Below, in pieces: positions 6,399 through 11,851 of a DNA stretch of 11,851 nucleotides. A program made the position numbers and the translations under genes. Positions within the stretch are counted from its first letter, which is position 1. Every line of letters starts with the position of its first letter. The notes under the pieces were generated by a model, which was not told where the DNA came from, did not search any database, and worked only from the letters and a program-made list of their open reading frames with translations. This DNA is from a bacterium (GTDB taxonomy: Bacteria > Zhuqueibacterota > Zhuqueibacteria > Oceanimicrobiales > Oceanimicrobiaceae), in NCBI GenBank assembly GCA_046757525.1, contig JBHHYI010000128.1:1-11851 (forward strand). Reading direction: 5' to 3'.

Positions 6399-9323
6399 TT
6401 AGTTTCCCAATCTGGACGGTTTAAGCTGCAAGACATGGGTACGGATCTTTTGCGCCATGAGATTGGCGCCAGGGTTTTTGAGCCGATAAGCCCGGGTAAT
6501 CTCCTGGGCCGACTCGTCGACCTGGTAGGTCTCGTAAGCAGCTTTGGCCAGCAGGGCTTGCCGTTCTTGCCCCAAAGCCTGAAAACACAACAGGCGGTGG
6601 TAGTGGGCAACTCGGTCCTCGGGATCGATTTTCAGGACTTCGGCAAAGGCCTGGAGAGCCTGTTCGTATTTCTGGTCCAGGTAGTAGGTGCGACCCAACT
6701 TGCGCCAGGCCGCACGGTCCTGGGGAAACTTCTCCAAAACGCGGCGGTAGGCCAACTTGGCTTTTGCGTACTGACCGTCTTCCTGCAAGGCGAGGCCCCA
6801 GGTCCAGGCCACGCGCGCGTCGCCGGGCTGGATGGCTTCGCACTGTTGTAAGTAATCGTAGGCCTTGTCAAGATTGCCGTCCCGCACAGCGGTTTTGGCG
6901 AGATTCAACGGCCCTTCGATTAAATTGGGCCGCAGAGCCGCCACCTCTGCAAAAGCCAGCGCCGCCCCTCTGGTGTCGCCTTCCAAAAGCAGGCCAATGC
7001 CATAGTCGTTGAAGCGCACCCATTGCGAGGGGTCTAAAACGGCGCCGTCGGTAGCTACGGTATTTCCTTTGGTGCGCACTGGCAAGGAAACCTGGTCAGT
7101 TGCGATTTCAGTGACCGGCAGATCCGGAACCCGGTCGAACTGCTTGAAACCCTCCCGATTCGACTCAAAGGCAAACTGTGTGAATTTTCGATCAAACTTG
7201 CGCCAGAGCAAACGCGCGCGCAGCGTTAACCGGCTACCGGTGAGTTGTGGCGGCACCACGAATTCGTAATGCGCAATATCCGCCGTGCCTGGTCCGATGA
7301 CGTTGGCAAAGACCGTGACGTGAATGTCCTGAGCATTGCGCTGGTGAATGAGTTGGCCGTTTTTGTCCAGAATCACCGCTTTGAAAACGTGAGCCATGGG
7401 ATCGAGGTGCCCGTCGTCGCCAAGCCAGCCGCTGATGGCCAATACGTTTCCTTGCGCATCGAGCAGGCTGAACTCCAGCCAGCCTTCGTTGGAATCGTTG
7501 GTGCCCCCCGGAAATGTGTGACCGACGCCCTGGTTACGAACCACGACGTCCACGGTGACTTTTTCGCCGGCAGTCAGGATCGGCTGTTGCAGGTCGATGG
7601 CCATCGCCGGCGTGCGCATGCTTTCAGATTTCAACGCAAAAATATCCACGCGCAGTTTTTCCTGGCGCAAAAAGGCCTCGATGCGTTCGATGGTTTCCTG
7701 GTCGCCGCGGATGAAAGGCAGGGCCGTGTTTACTGCTAAAAAACGATGCGATCGTACGTAACCGTTCTTAGCTGCCACGTCGCCAAGCGGTGCGGCTTCT
7801 TTGGGCATGTGGCAATCCTGGCACTGCCGTTTCACGGGCGGCAGATAAAAGGTGCGCGAAGCGTTTTGCGACACGCCGCTGTCGTGCCAGTTGTCGTATT
7901 CGTCCTGACCGCGCAGCCAGCGGTAGTTGTTCACGGGTTCGATGAGACTCACTTTGTGGCAGGAGGCACAGAACTCGCTGGTGCGGAAAAACGGCTTCAA
8001 CATCTGGCGTTTGTGCACCGTGGGCTTGGCTTTGACGATGGCGTCGTGCAGAAAGGTGCCAACGCTTGCCGAACTCGCGTTTGCAAACAGGTAGGGATCC
8101 TCTTGCTCGTCGGCCAGGTTGTAGGTGCCGTTGCCCGTGCGGTTGTGGATTCGGTTGATGGCATGGCAGGCCAAACAGGTCAAACCCGCCTGAGCCTCCG
8201 GCGTGGAGCGATCGATCTTCTGCTTCATCTTGCCGGCAAACATGAGGGCTGGATCGTGACAACCGCCACACCACTGGCTTTTCACCATGCCTGCTTTGAC
8301 ATTTTTTTCTTGAAAATGCTTCAGGTGTGCCTCGACCCAGCTATTGGTTGCATCAGCGTTTTCGCGCAAATTCTGCACGGCAGCGGTGTAAAAGGGATTG
8401 TTAAACGACGCAAATCGATGCGCCGAGGCTTGCCACTGGGCCACGATGTCGGCATGACAGCGTTTGCAGGTTTCTGCGCCAATGGGCACTCCTTTGACAA
8501 ATCCGTATTTCTCGAAGTCGCTTTGCACGCCTTTGGGCGGTACCAAATCACGCCCGATAATGACGGCCGAAGAGAGATAGTGGCCCAGAGTTGTGGTTGC
8601 CGCAGAAGGGAAGAACGGACTGTTCGGAGGCACGAAACCTACGGGAACAAAGGTGTCGTCCGCAACCGCTGCCTTACCATCGCCCTCAGCGTCCGGGCTC
8701 TTGTAGGAGTCCTTTTCCAGGACCGTTTTGGCTTCCTGCGTGGGGACAATTTCACGATTCGTCAACCCGTGCCAAAGCACCAGGAGCACAGCCACACCCG
8801 CAACAGCCACGAAATACTTGCCGACCCTGGCCTTCGCTGGTCTGGTGTAGCTCACCATCCGGTGGAAAAGGTAGCCGGCCGGTGCCAGCACGGCACAGAG
8901 GACGTGCGTCCACCAGGCCCAACGGTTGTCCCGACTGGCGGCATCGGTCAAAATCAACAAACCGGTGATCAGCAAAACCAGGCCGAACAGGACGAAAAAT
9001 GTGCCGGAAACGACGCTCGATTTGTGATGCCGCACCCAGACCCGCGGCAGGTGCACGACGGCAAAAGCCAACATCAGCGTTACCAGAAGCAGACCAACCC
9101 CGGTGTGCGCCAGCACCATGGACTGAAACAGATGCGGCAGAGAAGTCGCGCCAGCGGCAAAATAGCGCCAGTCCACCAGATCGGCCAGGCGGTTGATGAG
9201 CAGATAGACCGTGTTGGCCAGCATGAACGCCGACAGGACCAGAGCAATCGCGAGCAGCTTCTTGACGTACGGTGGCAACAGCGATCGCAAGATGGGTTTT
9301 GTTTTTTTTGCAGCGGATTTCAA
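6399..9323 (-). CDS. Membrane-anchored multiheme (5 CxxCH) cytochrome c with C-terminal TPR repeats
   Basis: CKRCH, CGGCH, CLACH, CASCH and CQDCH; five N-terminal TM segments; TPR-like C-terminus (AWRKLGRTYY...ALQAFAEVLKIDPED). RBS GAGGAG 7 nt before the TTG. Confidence 0.9.
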   Translation of the reverse strand: MKSAAKKTKPILRSLLPPYVKKLLAIALVLSAFMLANTVYLLINRLADLVDWRYFAAGATSLPHLFQSMVLAHTGVGLLLVTLMLAFAVVHLPRVWVRHHKSSVVSGTFFVLFGLVLLITGLLILTDAASRDNRWAWWTHVLCAVLAPAGYLFHRMVSYTRPAKARVGKYFVAVAGVAVLLVLWHGLTNREIVPTQEAKTVLEKDSYKSPDAEGDGKAAVADDTFVPVGFVPPNSPFFPSAATTTLGHYLSSAVIIGRDLVPPKGVQSDFEKYGFVKGVPIGAETCKRCHADIVAQWQASAHRFASFNNPFYTAAVQNLRENADATNSWVEAHLKHFQEKNVKAGMVKSQWCGGCHDPALMFAGKMKQKIDRSTPEAQAGLTCLACHAINRIHNRTGNGTYNLADEQEDPYLFANASSASVGTFLHDAIVKAKPTVHKRQMLKPFFRTSEFCASCHKVSLIEPVNNYRWLRGQDEYDNWHDSGVSQNASRTFYLPPVKRQCQDCHMPKEAAPLGDVAAKNGYVRSHRFLAVNTALPFIRGDQETIERIEAFLRQEKLRVDIFALKSESMRTPAMAIDLQQPILTAGEKVTVDVVVRNQGVGHTFPGGTNDSNEGWLEFSLLDAQGNVLAISGWLGDDGHLDPMAHVFKAVILDKNGQLIHQRNAQDIHVTVFANVIGPGTADIAHYEFVVPPQLTGSRLTLRARLLWRKFDRKFTQFAFESNREGFKQFDRVPDLPVTEIATDQVSLPVRTKGNTVATDGAVLDPSQWVRFNDYGIGLLLEGDTRGAALAFAEVAALRPNLIEGPLNLAKTAVRDGNLDKAYDYLQQCEAIQPGDARVAWTWGLALQEDGQYAKAKLAYRRVLEKFPQDRAAWRKLGRTYYLDQKYEQALQAFAEVLKIDPEDRVAHYHRLLCFQALGQERQALLAKAAYETYQVDESAQEITRAYRLKNPGANLMAQKIRTHVLQLKPSRLGN

Positions 9324-9396
9324 TCCAACGCTCCTCCTCGTCTCCTCAACTCTTTTCCCAACAACTCAAAAGCCAGGGATCACGCAGTTTCCATGA

Positions 9397-9424
9397 AATT
9401 TAAGAAATTTAACGTAAAAAGCAA
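9397..9424 (-). promoter_or_regulatory. Possible sigma70-type promoter for the cytochrome gene
   Basis: Minus strand TTGCTT(9424-9419)-16 nt-TAAATT(9402-9397) in an AT-rich intergenic patch. Confidence 0.35.
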
Positions 9425-9500
9425 TAGTTTCGGAAAAGGCGAAGCACGCTTTCAATTAGAATACTCCCTCGCTCAGGGGCCGATTAACGCCAGGCTTCAA

Positions 9501-9935
9501 TCATTTCTTCCGTGGGGATTCGGGTGGTTCGGAGATCTTGTCGGCAATAAACTCCGGGATGGGGATGGCTCTTATTTCCTCTCCTGGGTTACAAATGCAG
9601 CAAGCCGTGGTAAGCTGTCCGCGGGCTATGGTCACGCCTGCGCGCGTAAATATGAAATCGTAGGTCATGGATTTGGTGCCCTTTCTGAGCACGGTCAAGT
9701 GAATGTCGAGGACGTCTTCAAACCGCGCCGGGCTGAGATATTCACAGGTGGCTGCCAATCTCGGCCAGCCGATTTTATCTCCCTCTATTTCCGTCGCGAC
9801 GCTGCTGCCCAGGGAATTCAAAAACTCGTGTTCAGCGGTTTCCATAAAAACGAAGAAGCGGGCAAAATGACAGATGCCCGCCATATCTGTGTCGGCAAAC
9901 TCGATTTTTCTAATTGTGTGGAACTCGTAGCTCAT
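9501..9935 (-). CDS. Acyl-CoA thioesterase, hotdog fold (4HBT/YbgC-like)
   Basis: 144 aa with IEFADTDMAGICHFARFF..ME.AE and EYLSPARFEDVL motifs. Confidence 0.9.
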   Translation of the reverse strand: MSYEFHTIRKIEFADTDMAGICHFARFFVFMETAEHEFLNSLGSSVATEIEGDKIGWPRLAATCEYLSPARFEDVLDIHLTVLRKGTKSMTYDFIFTRAGVTIARGQLTTACCICNPGEEIRAIPIPEFIADKISEPPESPRKK

Positions 9936-9967
9936 GGGCTGTTTTCTAATTTGAACTTGGCAGTAAT

Positions 9968-10448
9968 TCAGGGGGAAAATTCAATCTTACCATACACGGC
10001 AAACGGATCAGCCGGAAGGACCGAGACTGGACCAAAGCCGCGGGTTTCGTATTCCTGGTCGGTGATGTTTTTGAAATTTAGCGTCCATTTCCAGCGTCGG
10101 TACCGATAAAACAACACCCCGTCAACTGTCAAATAATGGTCCATCTTGTAGCTGTTGTCGACATCGATGAACCGGCTGCTGACATAACGGGCGCCCAGCC
10201 CAACGCCGACGCCGTTGTGGAATTCCTTGGTGCTCCAGAGATTCAAAATGTGCTCGGGCACAAATGCAGGCGTGTTGCCGGTGCGGTCCACAACGAGAAA
10301 ATCTCGAGGAGATATTTGTCTCAATTCCCTGATTTCGGTTAACTCAGCATCGGTGAAAGCATAATTCAAGAATGCCTGCCAGCCTCGCCCTGGCTGCGCC
10401 TTGACTCAAAATCAACCCGCAGGCGAAACAAGTCCTGATCGGAATCAT
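9968..10448 (-). pseudogene. TonB-dependent receptor remnant: C-terminal barrel strands, plus a possible out-of-frame N-terminal stub
   Basis: The open frame from about 10399 reads AQPGRGWQAFLNYAFTDAE...GLGARYVSSRF...LNFKNITDQEYE...P...YGKIEF, typical of a TBDR C-terminus. There is an in-frame TGA at 10408-10406, and no plug or N-terminal barrel. Confidence 0.8.
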
Positions 10449-10705
10449 CCGCCATCGAACCCCTTCTTAGATTTAGGAGACACCTTGAACGATTGGACCA
10501 ACAAATCTAACACATTTAGGAGAGAAAATCCATAATTATTTCAGGATTCATTCTGGCTGGAAAAGCTTTAAGTGAACTCAAATCAATTTGAAATCAGTAT
10601 TGCCGAATGTTTAGTCGCGGGAATCAAGGCGGTGGCAACCCAAAAGGCCAGGCATTCGCGGGTGCCCGGGGCCACAAGCAGACGCCAGAGCTTTCTGAAC
10701 CAATT

Positions 10706-10739
10706 AAAATAAGAAAGGGTGCCTTATTCAAGCACCCTT
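10706..10739 (-). terminator. Intrinsic terminator after the 10771-11373 gene
   Basis: Minus strand AAGGGTGC-TTGAATAAG-GCACCCTT followed by TCTTATTTT, about 30 nt after the stop codon. Confidence 0.75.
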
Positions 10740-10770
10740 CCAGGTCATAAAAAGTTGAATGTTGCCAACG

Positions 10771-11373
10771 TTAATTCAGCGTACCGGGGGCGGGACAGTG
10801 GCCACCACCAATGCTGATGCTAAAGCCACCGTTGCCATTACCAAAGCCTTGACCATTCTTGGAGCCAGCCGTGTAGAACTTCGTATCAGGGGCATTGCCT
10901 TGCACAGGCGCAAACCCGTTGGTTGTGTCGGCAGAGGTTTTTTGCATGACGAAATTAAATGATTCTTTAAGATCGCTCAAACTCGCCAACGACGAAAGCA
11001 CCACGGCCTGTTGATTGGTTGAACGCTTTGCTACGGAGCTGGGGCTGCCTGCGGCGTCGGCCGCTGTTCCGTTAAATCCTTCGACATCAGCCGGTTTCGT
11101 CGAATTCGAACCCGACAGCGTTTGGTTGTTAATGTTCTTTTCGAGTTTTACATCTTTTACATCGCGCTCTGTTTGAAGGTCCAAAACCACGGTTGCTGAT
11201 TCGATCTGAGGTTTTATGTAGTGGGTTCCAACAAAAAACGAAGCAAAAGCCATCAATATGAAAATGTGCAAAATTACCGAAATTCCTAAGGCACCGCGGG
11301 TAGAAACTCCCCGGTAAATCCGTTGTCCGAATCCTTGCACCAGTCCTATCGTGAGTCTTATTACGGCGTTCAT
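10771..11373 (-). CDS. Hypothetical single-pass membrane protein with a TonB/TolA-like anchor and a low-complexity Gly/Ser/Asn tail (200 aa)
   Basis: Start moved from 11400 to the ATG at 11373 because AAAGGAG lies 5 nt upstream of it. The TM segment ALGISVILHIFILMAF carries S-x3-H. Confidence 0.75.
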   Translation of the reverse strand: MNAVIRLTIGLVQGFGQRIYRGVSTRGALGISVILHIFILMAFASFFVGTHYIKPQIESATVVLDLQTERDVKDVKLEKNINNQTLSGSNSTKPADVEGFNGTAADAAGSPSSVAKRSTNQQAVVLSSLASLSDLKESFNFVMQKTSADTTNGFAPVQGNAPDTKFYTAGSKNGQGFGNGNGGFSISIGGGHCPAPGTLN

Positions 11374-11479
11374 GATTACTCCTTTAATAAAGTTTTCCAT
11401 TTCAAATGTTCAATTCATTATAACCAACTTTGTTTCTCAAATCTTCCCTAAAAAAGAATTTTTTTTGCGGAACTAAATA

Positions 11480-11649
11480 GTGTTTGAACGAAAACTCATC
11501 TAACGCCTGTGATTTCGAATCAGGCGAATGCCTGATGAGAAATCTGGCTAAACACCAAAATAGCAAGTACTTGTGTAACCAGATTTCTCCTCCGTCCGGC
11601 AGTTGCCGGACTGCGTCGAAATGACATTTTGGGAGTTTTGGTCAATCAC
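11480..11649. mobile_element. MITE-like non-autonomous element, copy 2 (170 bp)
   Basis: Imperfect TIR GTGTTTGAACGAAAACTC/GAGTTTTGGTCAATCAC; flanks TAAATA/TAACTA (5/6); nested internal inverted repeats; homologous to 6149-6365. Confidence 0.75.
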
Positions 11650-11730
11650 TAACTAAAATACAGTCCCAATTTAGAATTATTCCAAATCAAGCATCAAAAT
11701 AGCGCAGCCCAAAGCAAGCACCAAAATCCA

Positions 11731-11851
11731 TCAGAAAAGAGTCATCTGCGCCTTGCTCTGCTCTTTCTTCGCCGATTTGCGTAGTTCGGCTTTGCTGAAT
11801 TCTTTCAGGGCGTCCTCAATGTCGCTGAGAAATGGCGACGGTGCATTTTGG
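11731..11851 (-). CDS. 3' end of a probable UvrD/PcrA-family helicase (partial, runs off the window)
   Basis: Hand translation QNAPSPFLSDIEDALKEFSKAELRKSAKKEQSKAQMTLF*. PSPFLxDI resembles the terminal PSRFLxEI motif of UvrD/Rep helicases. Only 39 aa are visible. Confidence 0.6.
   Translation of the reverse strand, partial: QNAPSPFLSDIEDALKEFSKAELRKSAKKEQSKAQMTLF

Noticed and set aside
2226..9396. Numerous short plus-strand and alternative-frame ORFs inside lysA, the membrane protein, the lipoprotein and the cytochrome genes
   Set aside because: They are fully nested in well-supported genes and have no independent coding signals.
7746..10109. 787-aa plus-strand ORF
   Set aside because: It is codon-aligned antisense to both the cytochrome and thioesterase genes, which share a frame. 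The composition is typical of a shadow ORF and it has no recognisable motifs.
10500..10705. Possible cobalamin or other riboswitch upstream of the TBDR remnant
   Set aside because: I could not find the B12-box or other conserved riboswitch cores on the minus strand. An Rfam scan would settle it.
11374..11400. Upstream ATG at 11400 given by the ORF track
   Set aside because: The segment itself contains a strong RBS (AAAGGAG) positioned for the ATG at 11373.

Overview
This is a bacterial chromosomal window in which every credible gene lies on the minus strand. The gene content suggests a diderm organism, possibly FCB/KSB1-like (inference only). Reading in the direction of transcription (right to left): the 3' end of a UvrD/PcrA-type helicase with a C-terminal clamp-binding-like motif; a MITE-like repeat; a membrane-anchored protein with a TonB/TolA-like anchor; a TonB-dependent receptor remnant; a hotdog-fold thioesterase; a 974-aa membrane-anchored pentaheme cytochrome c/TPR protein; a second copy of the MITE-like repeat; an Ig-like-domain lipoprotein; a polytopic membrane protein; lysA; a 60-aa internally deleted mscS; an AbiEii/DUF1814-type nucleotidyltransferase overlapping an unrecognised 107-aa partner; and a hairpin-rich ~900-bp region containing a promoter-RBS-36-aa hydrophobic ORF between two inverted REP-like motifs. 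The most notable features are the composite TIR+REP repeat with 6-bp flanking direct repeats, the toxin-first nucleotidyltransferase pair, two genes apparently collapsed by large internal deletions, and the unannotated small ORF. All family assignments come from motif recognition by eye; no database search was run.
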